Source of the DNA: Eledone cirrhosa
Lineage: Eukaryota
Assembly: GCA_964016885.1 (NCBI GenBank)
Contig: OZ024747.1
Coordinates: 58,652,001-58,716,000, forward strand
Length of the DNA: 64,000 nucleotides
Direction of reading: 5' to 3'
Shown here in pieces: positions 1 to 13,603 of this stretch. The first letter of the stretch is position 1; each line of letters begins with the position of its first letter. Below the pieces are notes generated by a model. It ran no database searches, had not been told where the DNA came from, and saw only the letters and a list, made by a program, of their open reading frames with translations. A program made the translations under genes and the position numbers.

Positions 1-129
1 ACGTAGAGTACTTTCAATGCAATAGAATCAACGCCAACAATGTAAAATTCTACGTACAGTGAAATATTAATATCAGTAGTATTTATAATAACGACATACG
101 AAATTTTGTATTCAATCAATTATATTTCA

Positions 130-465
130 ACAGCCCACCTGAGGAAGGAGCCCTGTGAGGTGGGGTGGCTATTGCAGTGTTTGTCACTGGCCATTGTCTA
201 CGAAAATGCCTTTGCAATTTTGTCCAGAGGGCGCAGCCGAAACACCGATCTCCCCTAGGCATAGAGGCTATCACCCTCTCCTATTCCCCCTCGCTTTCTT
301 CCGTAGCCTATAGTCCTTGCGTTTTCCCTCCTTTTCCTCTCATTTACGACATTAATAGACCTTTGCTCTACTTTCCTTTACAGCCAGATCTGCCCTTCTT
401 TAACACTTCCTCCCTTAGTTTATTCTTTAATTTTGATAATTTTTTTATATTTCCACTATTGTAAA
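130..465 (+). mobile_element. Interspersed repeat (probable retroelement/PLE-type 3' end), copy 1
   Basis: Colinear with 61385-61672: cagccca(c/t)ctga(g/t)gaaggag..ggggtggct..gcgcagccgaaacaccg..ctaggcat..tcaccctctcct..agatctgcccttcttta, then a pyrimidine-rich tail. Confidence 0.65.
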
Positions 466-1127
466 GCTTCTTTTTATAACACCATTAAACAGACTTGAGT
501 ACGTTGAATAGAAAGTGCCTTCTAAAGTTTCACAATACACGATTACAAAACTTATTTCGTACCTAAACTGATGCAATGTCCCTCAGTTTACAAACATATC
601 TTAGTCGACAGTAAAAACATAAAACAACGACTACATTACATAAAATGTTCAACATGATTACCGTAATCTACAGGAATGCTAGAATGATAAAGCTTTGAGT
701 CTCAGCTCTCTCTTAACTCTACGGCGCACTGATTCAGTTGTGTCAAAAATCTGTTCGTACACATCATATATGCATATATATATATATATATATATATATG
801 TATTAGAAAGATCGAGTATCGAAAAATCGGCGCACGAGTTCACGATAAACAAAAATAAACAAAATTCGAAATGAGCGGCAGAGGGCTCAATAATTCAGAT
901 GAATCAGAGCTATAACTATCGTTAAAATACCGTCACATATAGAACAAGTCTACAATCAACCATACGATAAAAAATCGATAATAGAAGATTCGGGACAAAC
1001 AGATAAAAAATATCAATAAAACAATACATCAATAATTTAAATGAACAGATTTGTGACACAACTGAATCATGTGTGTGTATGTATACATACACACACACAC
1101 ATACACACAAACACATAAACATATATA

Positions 1128-1177
<50 letters not shown>

Positions 1178-1179
<2 letters not shown>

Positions 1180-1362
1180 AACCAGTAAGACCCCGACAGC
1201 TGAGCTCAAGCCGTTTCGACGGCTAATTCCAGAATTAGCCGTCGAAACGGCTTGAGCTCAGCTGTCGGGGTCTTACTGGTTCCAATTACCCACTCTACTA
1301 CCTCAAGTATTGAGTACTTTGGTGCGTTATGGTCCACCTGGTTCCTTACCACATATCCTTCG

Positions 1363-1363
<1 letters not shown>
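1178..1363 (+). mobile_element. Fold-back element family H, copy A: perfect 52-bp hairpin plus ~80-nt tail, in (TA)n
   Basis: 1178-1229 is the exact reverse complement of 1232-1283 (2-nt loop). The tail tacccactctactacc..ccttaccaca..cttcgtt is shared with 26975-27074, 52931-53135 and 62421-62638. TA repeats lie on both sides. Confidence 0.9.
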
Positions 1364-1446
<83 letters not shown>

Positions 1447-1514
1447 CTAAGAAACAAAAAACAAAAACAGTAACAGGCTGCAGTACGAACGGTGTGGTAT
1501 TAGGTTCACGTGTG

Positions 1515-1640
<126 letters not shown>

Positions 1641-1819
1641 AAATATATATGACTATGTGTGCTCGTTTGTTTGTATGGGAGTGTATATGTGGGTGTGTGG
1701 CTGTATCTCTGTATCTGTTTAACTCTTTATCTACTTGTCTATGTACACATGTATGGGAGGATTTATATATGTGTGAATGATAAGATCGCGAGTGAAATCT
1801 AGAAGACAAACAGACAGAC

Positions 1820-1927
1820 AAGAAGAAGAAGAAGAAGAAGAAGAAGAAGAAGAAGAAGAAGAAGAAGAAGAAGAAGAAGAAGAAGAAGAAGAAGAAGAAG
1901 AAGAAGAAGAAGAAGAAGAAGAAGAAG
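1820..1927. repeat. (GAA)n microsatellite
   Basis: Pure GAA run. Confidence 0.98.
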
Positions 1928-2124
1928 ATATAGTAGTAGTGAGGCATAGTGAGAAATATTAAATGGCTGCTATAAATTGAAGAGTGTTAGTATGATAGCA
2001 TCTTATCTGTAGCACATGTTAAATCATGCTTTACCTTGCTATCTATATTATCAGGTGGGATAACATGCCTCCTTCCTTAGCTGAATTATCACCTGAACTA
2101 ACAGCAACCGTGCCGGTAATACCA

Positions 2125-4510
2125 CCAAACCGTTCCATCCCTACCAACACAAACTCCCCCAGAAACCACCATCAGCAACAAGACCTCCACCATCTGCACC
2201 ATCACATATGTTACTACCTCTCAACCACCTCAACCCGCTACGCCGTCCCGACCCTACCAACACAAACTCCCCCAGAAACCACCATCAGCAACAAGCCCTC
2301 ACCATCTGCACCATCACATCTGTTACTACCACTCAACCACCTCAACCCGCTACACCGTTCCATCCCTACCAACACAAACTCCCCCAGAAACCGCCATCAG
2401 CAACAAGCCCTCACCATCTGCACCATCACATCTGTTACTACCACTCAACCACCTCAACCCGCTACACCGTTCCATCCCTACCAACACAAACTCCCCCAAC
2501 ACCACCATCAGCAACAAGCCCTCCACCATCTGCACCATCACATCTGTTACTACCTCTCAACCACCTCAACCCGATACACCGTCCCGACCCTACCAACACA
2601 AACTCCCCCAGAAACCACCATCAGCAACAAGACCTCCACCATCTGCACCATCACATCTGTTACTACCACTCAACCACCTCAACCCGCTACACCGTTCCAT
2701 CCCTACCAACACAAACTCCCCCAACACCACCATCAGCAACAAGCCCTCCACCATCTGCACCATCACATCTGTTACTACCACTCAACCACCTCAACCCGCT
2801 ACACCGTCCCAACCCTACCAACACAAACTCCCCCAGAAACCACCATCAGCAACAAGCCCTCACCATCTGCACCATCACATCTGTTACTACCACTCAACCA
2901 CCTCAACCCGCTACACCGTCCCGACCCTACCAACACAAACTCCCCCAACACCACCATCAGCAACAAGCCCTCACCATCTGCACCATCACATCTGTTACTA
3001 CCACTCAACCACCTCACCCCGCTACACCGTCCCGACCCTACCAACACAAACTCCCCCAACACCACCATCAGCAACAAGCCCTCACCATCTGCACCATCAC
3101 ATCTGTTACTACCACTCAACCACCTCAACCCGCTACACCGTCCCGACCCTACCAACACAAACTCCCCCAGAAACCACCATCAGCAACAAGAACTCCACCA
3201 TCTACACCATCACATCTGTTACTACCACTCAACCACCTCAACCCGCTACACCGTTCCATCCCTACCAACACAAACTCCCCCAGAAATCACCATCAGCAAC
3301 AAGACCTCCACCATCTGCACCATCACATCTGTTACTACCACTCAACCACCTCAACCCGCTACACCGTTCCATCCCTACCAGCACAAACTCCCCCACCACC
3401 ACCATCAGCAACAAGACCTCCACCATCTGCACCATCACATCTCTTACTACCTGTCAACCACCTCAACCCGCTACACCGTCCCAACCCTACCAACACAAAC
3501 TCCCCCAGAAACCACCATCAGCAACAAGAACTCCACCATCTACACCATCACATCTGTTACTACCACTCAACCACCTCAACCCGCTACACCGTTCCATCCC
3601 TACCAACACAAACTCCCCCAACACCACCATCAGCAACAAGAACTCCACCATCTGCACCATCACATCTGTTACTACCACTCAACCACCTCAACCCGCTACA
3701 CCGTCCCGACCCTACCAACACAAACTCCCCCAGAAACCACCATCAGCAGCAGCAAAATCCCCACCAGCTACACCATCATACCAATTACTATCTCTTAACC
3801 ACCTCGACCCGATACACCGTCCCGACCCTACCAACACAAACTCCCCCACCACCACCATCAGCAACAAGACCTCCACCATCTGCACCATCACATCTGTTAC
3901 TACCACTCAACCACCTCAACCCGCTACACCGTCCCAACCCTACCAACACAAACTCCCCCACCACCACCATCAGCAACAAGACCTCCACCATCTGCACCAT
4001 CACATCTCTTACTACCTGTCAACCACATCAACCCGCTACACCGTCCCGACCCTACCAACACAAACTCCCCCACCACCACCATCAGCAACAAGACCTCCAC
4101 CATCTGCACCATCACATCTCTTACTACCTGTCAACCACATCAACCCGCTACACCGTCCCGACCCTACCAACACAAACTGCCCCACCACCACCATCAGCAA
4201 CAAGACCTCCACCATCTGCACCATCACATCTGTTACTACCTCTCAACCACCTCAACCCGCTACACCGTCCCAACCCTACCAACACAAACTCCCCCAGAAA
4301 CCGCCATCAGCAACAAGACCTCCACCATCTACACCATCACATCTGTTACTACCTTTCAACCACCTCAACCCGCTACACCGTCCCAACCCTACCAACACAA
4401 ACTCCCCCACCACCACCATCAGCAACAAGACCTCCACCATCTGCACCATCACATCTGTTACTACCTCTCAACCACCTCAACATACGATACTGTGCCAACC
4501 CTACCAACAC
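2125..4510. repeat. Tandem satellite, 111-112-bp unit, about 21 copies
   Basis: Unit ccctaccaacacaaactcccccagaaaccaccatcagcaacaagacctccaccatctgcaccatcacatctgttactaccactcaaccacctcaacccgctacaccgt.. recurs with a period of about 112. Confidence 0.95.
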
Positions 4511-4519
4511 TAGCTCCCA

Positions 4520-7500
4520 ACTTCCACACCCAACTAGCACCAACAGCACCACCAGCACTACCACCAACACCACCATCACACCAAATTACTACCTCTAAAC
4601 CCCTCAACCCACCCCCAGCACTACCACCAAAACCACCACCACACCCAATACTACCACACAACCACATCAACCTACCACACCCAACCAGCACCAGCACCAA
4701 CACCACTACTACCAACACCACCATCACACCCAATACTACCACACAACCACATCAACCCATCACACCCAATACTGCCACACAACCACATCAACCCACCACA
4801 CCCAACCAGCACCAGCACCAACACCACTACCACCAACACCACCATCACACCCAATACTACCTCACAACCACATCAACCCACCACACCCAACCACCACCAG
4901 CACCAACATCACTACCACCAACACCACCATCACACCCAATACTACCACACAACCACATCAACCTACCACACCCAACCAGCACCAGCACCAACATCACTAC
5001 CACCAACACCACCATCACACCCAATACTACCACAGAACCACATCAACATACCACACCCAACCAGCACCAGCACCAACACCACTACCACCAACACCACCAT
5101 CACACCCAATACTACCACAGAACCACATCAACATACCACACCCAACCAGCACCAGCACCAACACCACTACCACCAACACCACCATCACACCCAATACTAC
5201 CACAGAACCACATCAACATACCACACCCAACCAGCACCAGCACCAACACCACTACCACCAACACCACCATCACACCCAATACTGCCACACAACCACATCA
5301 ACCTACCACACCCAACCAGCACCAGCACCAACACCACTACCACCAACACCACCATCACACCCAATACTGCCACACAACCACATCAACCTACCACACCCAA
5401 CCAGCACCAGCACCAACACCACTACCACCAACACCACCATCACACCCAATACTACCACACAACCACATCAACCCACCACACCCAGCCAGCACCAGCACCA
5501 ACACCACTACCACCAACACCACCATCACACCCAATACTACTACACAACCACATCAACCCACCACACCCAACCAGCACCAGCACCAACACCACTACCACCA
5601 ACACCACCATCACACCCAATACTACTACACAACCACATCAACCCACCACACCCAACCAGCACCAGCACCAACACCACTACCACCAACACCACCATCACAC
5701 CCAATACTACCACAGAACCACATCAACATACCACACCCAACCAGCACCAGCACCAACACCACTACCACCAACACCACCATCACACCCAATACTGCCACAC
5801 AACCACATCAACCTACCACACCCAACCAGCACCAGCACCAACACCACTACCACCAACACCACCATCACACCCAATACTGCCACACAACCACATCAACCTA
5901 CCACACCCAACCAGCACCAGCACCAACACCACTACCACCAACACCACCATCACACCCAATACTACCACACAACCACATCAACCCACCACACCCAGCCAGC
6001 ACCAGCACCAACACCACTACCACCAACACCACCATCACACCCAATACTACTACACAACCACATCAACCTACCACACCCAACCAGCACCAGCACCAACACC
6101 ACTACCACCAACACCACCATCACACCCAATACTACCACAGAACCACATCAACATACCACACCCAACCAGCACCAGCACCACCACCACTACCACCAACACC
6201 ACCATCACACACAATACTACCACACAACCACATCAACCTACCACACCCAACCAGCACCAGCACCAACACCACTACCACCAACACCACCATCACACACAAT
6301 ACTACCACACAACCACATCAACCTACCACACCCAACCAGCACCAGCACCACCACCACTACCACCAACACCACCATCACACACAATACTACCACACAACCA
6401 CATCAACCTACCACACCCAACCAGCACCAGCACCAACACCACTACCACCAACACCACCATCACACACAATACTACCACACAACCACATCAACCTACCACA
6501 CCCAACCAGCACCAGCACCAACACCACTACCACCAACACCACCATCACTCCCAATACTGCCACACAACCACATCAACCTACCACACCCAACCAGCACCAG
6601 CACCAACACCACTACCACCAACACCACCATCACACCCAATACTACCACAGAACCACATCAACCTACCACACCCAACCAGCACCAGCACCAACACCACTAC
6701 CACCAACACCACCATCACACCCAATACTACCACACAACCACATCAACATACCACACCCAACCAGCACCAGCACCAACACCACTACCACCAACACCACCAT
6801 CACACCCAATACTACTACACAACCACATCAACCCACCACACCCAACCAGCACCAGCACCAACACCACTACCACCAACACCACCATCACACCCAATACTAC
6901 CACACAACCACATCAACCCACCACACCCAACCACCACCAGCACCAACATCACTACCACCAACACCACCATCACACCCAATACTACCACACAACCACATCA
7001 ACATACCACACCCAACCAGCACCAGCACCAACATCACTACCACCAACACCACCATCACACCCAATACTACTACACAACCACATCAACCCACCACACCCAA
7101 CCAGCACCAGCACCAACATCACTACCACCAACACCACCATCACACCCAATACTACCACACAACCACATCAACCTACCACACCCAACCAGCACCAGCACCA
7201 ACACCACTACCACCAACACCACCATCACACCCAATACTACCACAGAACCACATCAACATACCACACCCAACCAGCACCAGCACCAACAACCACTACCACG
7301 AACACCGCCATCACACCCAATACTACTACACAACCACATCAACCCACCACACCCAACCAGCACCAGCACCAACACCACTACCACCAACACCACCATCACA
7401 CCCAATACTACCACACAACCACATCAACCCACCACACCCAACCACCACCAGCACCAACACCACGACCACTCCCACCAGCAGCACCACCACCACCACTACC

Positions 7501-7560
7501 ATCAACACCACCATCACACACAATACTACCTTTCAACCGCCCACAACCAACCAGCAGCAC
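4520..7560. repeat. Tandem satellite, 85-bp unit, about 35 copies
   Basis: Unit ccaaccagcaccagcaccaacaccactaccaccaacaccaccatcacacccaatactaccacacaaccacatcaacctaccacac (85 nt). The translation repeats every 85 aa (3 units). Confidence 0.95.
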
Positions 7561-7888
7561 CAGAAACCCCACCACTACAACCACCATTACCACTACCATG
7601 ACCAGCACCAACTACGTTGAAACCCCCACCACCACCATTATGACTACAATCACCGCCGCTATCATCACAGAGCTGTAGTTCTGTTCAGTAATAACTAGAT
7701 CAGTAGATAGTAACTACATCGTTTATCATATTTTCAGCCGCGTTAAACATCTCTTCATATCTACCAACATTTTAACTGTTGTGGAAAATAGATAATCTGC
7801 TTCACACACACATATAATTATTGTGTTTGACAAGGTTTATAGTTACAATGTATATATTTATATATTTGTACACCCCCCCCCCCCCCCC

Positions 7889-7979
<91 letters not shown>

Positions 7980-7986
7980 TATCTAC

Positions 7987-8070
<84 letters not shown>

Positions 8071-8079
8071 ATATATAGT

Positions 8080-8615
8080 TATATACGGCACAATTATTCC
8101 ACCTCAATTGGCCCTGTTCTTTTCAACATCACACCAGGACACGTCAAAACAGAAACTGACCACACAAAATTCAAGAAGTCTTTGGACAAATTCCTCCAAG
8201 TAATCCCGGACAAACCACCCACACCCGGATATGTCTCGGTAAACAGTAATTCCCTTCTCGAATGAGCCATGGTGCCCAAATCCTGAATTGAAAGACTTCG
8301 CCAGGTGGTGCTATTAAGTTAGACATTTAAAGACGATCGACTTTCGTCAAATCGGACCGAGGGAACAATGTTTCTGTTGGTCTTTCCAATTGCTAATACT
8401 ATCTATCGGTCGCAACTCCAGGTAGAAGAAGCAACGTGAAATAAAGTGTCTTGTTCATTGACATAACGCATCACCTGGTCCAGGAATTGAACTCACAACC
8501 TTACGATTGCGAATCCAATTCTCTAACCACTCAGCCACACGCCTTCAATAAGTTAGACATGGCCTGGGCCAATACTGGCCAAAACATTTCAAAATTATTC
8601 AAAGTTATTCAAAGT
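8080..8615 (+). mobile_element. CR1-group LINE 3' fragment (ORF2 C-terminus plus 3' UTR), interrupted by a SINE
   Basis: [32 protein letters not shown] matches the CR1-type C-terminal signature. The UTR resumes after the SINE and ends in ttattcaaag-type repeats. Confidence 0.75.
8327..8548 (-). mobile_element. tRNA-derived CORE-type SINE with 12-bp TSD
   Basis: Minus strand has an A box (tggctgagtgg), a B box (gagttcaattcc) and a CORE-like tgaacaagacactttatttcac. TSD taagttagacat at 8315-8326 and 8549-8560. Confidence 0.85.
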
Positions 8616-8766
8616 TATATTTATATATATATATATATTTATATATTTATATATATATTTATATATATATATATTTATTTATATTTATATATATATATAT
8701 TTATATGAAAGACGTAAAATAAGAAAATTTTAAAAATTAAAAATTAACTTACTTACTAAAATTTTC

Positions 8767-8848
8767 ACTCCAACTAATTAGTTACTGTAAGGGGATAAAT
8801 ATAGTTACGTAAGATAACTATAGAGAATTCCTTATGTCATCAGGGAGT
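8767..8848 (-). ncRNA. Minimal type I hammerhead ribozyme motif (GAAA mutated to GTAA)
   Basis: ACTCC-CTGATGA-long stem II-GTAA-CTAATTAG-TT-GGAGT. Stem I is ACTCC/GGAGT and loop 3 is palindromic. Confidence 0.65.
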
Positions 8849-9145
8849 CTATTCTCAGCTAATTCTCTATATTTATCTCCAAATTATTTGTTGAGTAAAA
8901 CTTGCCAAAATTTACTGCTGTGATTCATGGTAGTAGGCTATTGTCATAATACCACCCCACTCCTCACTGATTAACCTCAGTGTCACGTGATGGATCCTTT
9001 AGAATCTGCCACTGACCAGAGAGGCAGTAAATTTTTTCAGTGCTTTGGAACTTAGTCCCCGCTAGCTTTGTTCCATCCACTGAATTATTATTTTTATATG
9101 GGTTCCTAGTGTCCGCGCATTGCCTGGGAACTTAGCTGAGAATAG

Positions 9146-9227
9146 ACTCCCGAATGAAATAAGGAATTCTCCATAGTTATATTACGTAACTATATTTATC
9201 CCCTTACAGAAACTAATTAGTTGGAGT
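9146..9227 (+). ncRNA. Minimal type I hammerhead ribozyme motif (CUGAUGA mutated to CGAAUGA)
   Basis: ACTCC-CGAATGA-stem II-GAAA-CTAATTAG-TT-GGAGT. The consensus with the inverted copy gives an intact core. Confidence 0.65.
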
Positions 9228-9441
9228 GAAAATTTAAGTAAGTTAATTTTTAATTTTAAAAATTTTCTTATTTTACGTCTTTCATATAATTGTTCTGCAC
9301 CCCCCTGCATAGAACCACAAAGGTACTAAGACATAACATATATATTTGCTAGCATGAGTATTCATCTGTATACATATGTTGGTAGATATACTAATTCTCT
9401 ATGTATATTTATATATATATATATTTATATATATATATATT

Positions 9442-9704
<263 letters not shown>

Positions 9705-9800
9705 TATGAAAATGCTTGTAGAACACACAAGCCGAAACTGCTTGGCGCTGCGGTCGGGATTTACACCCCTCTCTCTCTCTAATTATATGTATATGCGCGC

Positions 9801-9842
<42 letters not shown>

Positions 9843-10006
9843 GTATGTATTTATGTTTATATATATATATATATATATGTATATAGTGATATATATCAAG
9901 CAAGATGCTCGTGTCTTTGCCTCTTCTCATTGTTGACATATTTCGGAAGCGCACAAATCATTTCCCTAATCTAGTCTAACCTATGAAGCCTATACAACTT
10001 GCGTTA

Positions 10007-10110
10007 TCCCGCCGAGGTTAACTTTGCCTTTCATCCTTACGGGATCGATAAAATAAAGTACCAGTAATGCACTGGGTAGTTGCTGGCCTTGTGCCAAAAG
10101 TAGAAACAGT
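10007..10110 (+). mobile_element. tRNA-derived SINE family M (Meta/MESC-like central domain), 5'-truncated
   Basis: gaggttaactttgcctttcatccttacggg.tcgataaaataaagtaccag..ggccttgtgccaaaagtagaaac, as in the full copy at 56203-56389. Confidence 0.9.
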
Positions 10111-10213
10111 TATTTTATTATAACTATGAAGCTAATGCGGGCACATATCATTTACCTCCGTGCGGTTTTCTGCATTTTATCGACTACCTAGGAATACTAG
10201 AGAATGCCTAAAG

Positions 10214-10377
10214 CAATCATAGGCAAACTACAGACTGCAAGACACAAGTGTTCCGTTTGGCTTTCCGAATGGCACGCCTAATTTCAAAATTACTTGGAAC
10301 TTTTTACTAGTGCAGCCTGCCTTGTGATAAATCACATCCTATGCGGCCCCCTGCTCGAAACGTTTTGCCTATATTTG
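10214..10377. mobile_element. hAT (Charlie-like) MITE
   Basis: Ends caatcataggcaaa / tttgcctatatttg are imperfect TIRs. 8-bp TSD gcctaaag / gtctaaag. Subterminal atgcggccc. Confidence 0.7.
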
Positions 10378-10409
10378 GTCTAAAGCTTTATATCATTTCA
10401 TCATTTCTT

Positions 10410-10855
10410 TTCAGTCTCGCCAAATGTGATATGTGATGGGGACGGTACTCTTCCTGAAGTTCAGGCTTGTGGACTACCTCGGTCTTCTTTAAGCTAACTA
10501 CCAGCTAAAAGAGATGGGCAACCTCTACGAAGCAGGAAGTGATAGCGCTTCAAGTATCTTTCTGCATGGGAGCAGTGTCGTCGGTAAATAGGAAGTCTTG
10601 GATCAGATGTTTCAAGGTTAACCGTTTGGACCTGAAATCGAGGAAAATTAAACAGACTGCCATCATGACGATATCTGATCTAGACACCGTCCTCATCATC
10701 AAGATCTTCTGTTGCCTGCTTGAGCAACATACGGAAGAAGATGGTGAAAACAGTCGGTGACAGAAGGTGGTAAAGAGAGTCAACAACTTTCTGTTGCTGA
10801 TTTCCTGACCAGTTGAGGGTGTATCCGGCACCATGTTCTTGAGTAAGCGGACTTC
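10410..10855 (-). pseudogene. Degraded RTE-clade LINE reverse transcriptase fragment
   Basis: Frameshifted motifs LSPTVFTIFFRMLLKQATEDLDDEDG, RHDGSLFN, LIQDFLFTDD and LKKTEVVHKP, typical of RTE/BovB RT domains 4-6. Confidence 0.8.
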
Positions 10856-11740
10856 ACTATTTGTATAAAGTATGAATCTGTGTATTTATCTACTAGGCGT
10901 TCTGTATATTACCTCAGCAAAATATATAAAATATATATGCGTGCTTAATACCTTGTCTTGTTCTTTAAGGCAGTCTGTAGAATCCCTGCGTAATATATAC
11001 AATATATGAATTTCATGTAATGCCGATGACATGTAAATGAGTTGATTTTAAATCTTTTCAATTAGATTTCTGCAATTCCTAGCTGAAATATTGTTGAAAA
11101 AATTAAATATCGTAAATTGCATCGGCCTTATAAAATTCGTACTAATCCATGTATATATGTGCGTGTACATATTTATTCATCTGTCTCTGTATGTATATAT
11201 GTATTTATGTATGTATGATTGTTTGTATGTATATATGTATCTATGTTTGTATATATGGATGGTTGCATGTATGAATGTGTATGTGTATATGTGTGTGCTT
11301 ATATATATATATATATATGTGTGTGTGTATATATATACATGTGTGTGAGTGTGTAAATATGTATGCGTATGTACGTGTATGTATGCAATATAACCATTTA
11401 GAGATTTATAACGAGCGCTAAAGCTGCTTGATCTCACACAACACTTTAATTACAGAATCACTCAAACTGTAATCTATTTAAATACACGCAATACAATGGA
11501 TGCATACTATTCTCTTTCTCTCTCACTCTCCCTCTCTCCTCTCACACACACACACAAACATTCCCAAACAATTACCCACACCATAAATCCGTTGAGTACT
11601 TATACTCCTCTTAACACACCTACAATAATTGAATTCTATAACGCAGGAAATTCCCACACATATGATGGGAAAGTCGGATATAGATATCTACAAATATACA
11701 TCTACAAAAATGTACCTATATATAAACAATATTAACTATA

Positions 11741-11890
<150 letters not shown>

Positions 11891-12359
11891 AAAATGAAGT
11901 AACGGAGTCAGAAACTCGCGTCAGTCCCTGTAATTCATGACCTCAAAGGAAAAAGGATCTTGGGCTCTTGAAATATAATATAGAGAAGAAAACAAACGAG
12001 AGAGAGTGTGTGTCCGTCTGGTTACAGGGGATACCACAAGCGCATGTAACTTATAAACTAATAATAGTGACGTAGATTTATTATAATTAAAAAGATATAT
12101 TAAAATGAAACAACCCACCTATACAACTATATATCATACACGTACAAACTCAGAGAGAATGTTTCGCCAGAATATCAGTGTTGGAATTAAATTCACCCAG
12201 GTACATCAGCATGTATTTGTTGTATACATTCCAAACAACTCTAAGATATATAGTTATAAGGGTGGGTTCTTTCAATTTAATTTATCTTTTTGAATTATAT
12301 TGTATCTACCTTACCTTACAGTGTTTTTTTCTTACATATATATATATATATATATATAT

Positions 12360-12693
12360 GACCAAAGATTAATATCGTTTATTGATTACTCAATGAATAT
12401 AGTTTTACAATAGATTAAAAGCACTCTACAATGAAGTTTTCTGGATTTATTAATATTATTCAAAATATTAATAAATGAAGACATTCACATAATCAAAATA
12501 TATGTTTTATTATATATATTTCGAAGAATACTGGAATTGAGCCATCAAGACTGTTGAGGTATGTCATATATCAATTCATGTATTTTATCTATCTGACGAG
12601 GACGTACTGAAAAAAACAGCACAGTACCTTCTAAATATATATAATAAAACATATATTTTGATTATGTGAATGTCTTCATTTATTAATATTTTG

Positions 12694-12700
<7 letters not shown>
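12360..12700 (-). mobile_element. PLE-type inverted pseudo-LTR element in (TA)n with degenerate hammerhead
   Basis: 12454-12531 is inverted relative to 12623-12700, and the left arm carries the tail. CTGACGA-GGA-GTACTG..CAGTAC-TTC-TAAA-TATATA-TA-ATAAAA lies at 12593-12649. The opposite arm retains GAAA. Confidence 0.7.
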
Positions 12701-12774
<74 letters not shown>

Positions 12775-12816
12775 AAAATAAACCAAAGAACCCTTCATTA
12801 CATCAAAAGTCTTTAT

Positions 12817-12858
12817 TAGCCAACAATGTTTCGTCCTATTAAGGACTCATCAGGGCAA
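12817..12858 (-). ncRNA. Minimal type I hammerhead ribozyme, intact core
   Basis: TTGCC-CTGATGA-GTCCT taat AGGAC-GAAA-C att G-TT-GGCTA on the minus strand. Confidence 0.85.
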
Positions 12859-13377
12859 GTAAAGCTACAAGAACCACTATCGACCAATACAAGCCAAAAA
12901 CTCAGAAGAATATGGAGTATACATCTATTAAAGCTTAGGAAAGATATCAAGGAAAAGTTGGCTAAGATTAAGAGTGAGCAGTTACAAACATAGATATGGA
13001 CCAAATAGCAAGGAAGTGATTAACATGTTGAACCCACATTGCAAATATTGTATAATGCAAACACTTGAAACACAAATAGTAATATAATGCGAGAATTACA
13101 GTACGATATAGAATATAATATAATATAATAGATGGTGATAATAAAAAAGCTTAATATATGTATATATATATATATCTATACATATACACATTAGTACAAA
13201 CACAAACTAACACTTATTAAGTATTTAAATATATATATATATATTGTTTACAGTATAATATAATAAAGATAAAAATAAGAATAAAGATAAAAATAAAAAT
13301 AAAATATAATATATAATTCCCTGTCAGTGTGCATAAACAATATAAAAACATAAACAATATAAAAACATTAGCTTTCC

Positions 13378-13419
13378 TTGCCCTGATGAGTCCTTAATAG
13401 GACGAAACATTGTTGGCTA
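13378..13419 (+). ncRNA. Minimal type I hammerhead ribozyme, intact core
   Basis: TTGCC-CTGATGA(13383-89)-GTCCT taat AGGAC-GAAA(13404-07)-C att G-TT-GGCTA. Predicted cleavage is after 13414. Confidence 0.85.
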
Positions 13420-13566
13420 ATAAAGACTTTTTGATGTATTGAAGGCTTCTTTGGTTTATTTTTAGAATTCTTCGGCTCTGTTTAATTACATTGAGCTATA
13501 TCTTATACTGGTATTTCTATAATATGAAGAGGGTGTTTAACTCCAACACACTCTAGTATTTTAATT

Positions 13567-13603
<37 letters not shown>

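Larger units (their letters stand above)
8703..9340 (+). mobile_element. PLE-type inverted pseudo-LTR element in (TA)n
   Basis: 8703-8862 is an inverted copy of 9132-9288. The right arm continues with a ~50-nt tail. Both arms contain a hammerhead motif. Confidence 0.8.
12770..13570 (+). mobile_element. PLE 3' UTR plus inverted pseudo-LTR pair in (TA)n
   Basis: 12772-12868 is inverted relative to 13369-13464. The right arm has a ~105-nt tail. Both arms contain the same hammerhead. Confidence 0.85.

Noticed and set aside
2026-7620. Long ORFs of 590, 796 and 1042 aa resembling mucins or His/Pro-rich proteins
   Set aside because: The unit lengths (112 and 85) are not multiples of 3, so the peptide cycles through all frames. 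The openness comes from a G/T-poor strand that cannot form stop codons.
12155-12212. Hammerhead-like CTGATGT..GGCGAAAC on the minus strand
   Set aside because: A9 is missing, stem II is weak, and there is no stem I or UH closure.
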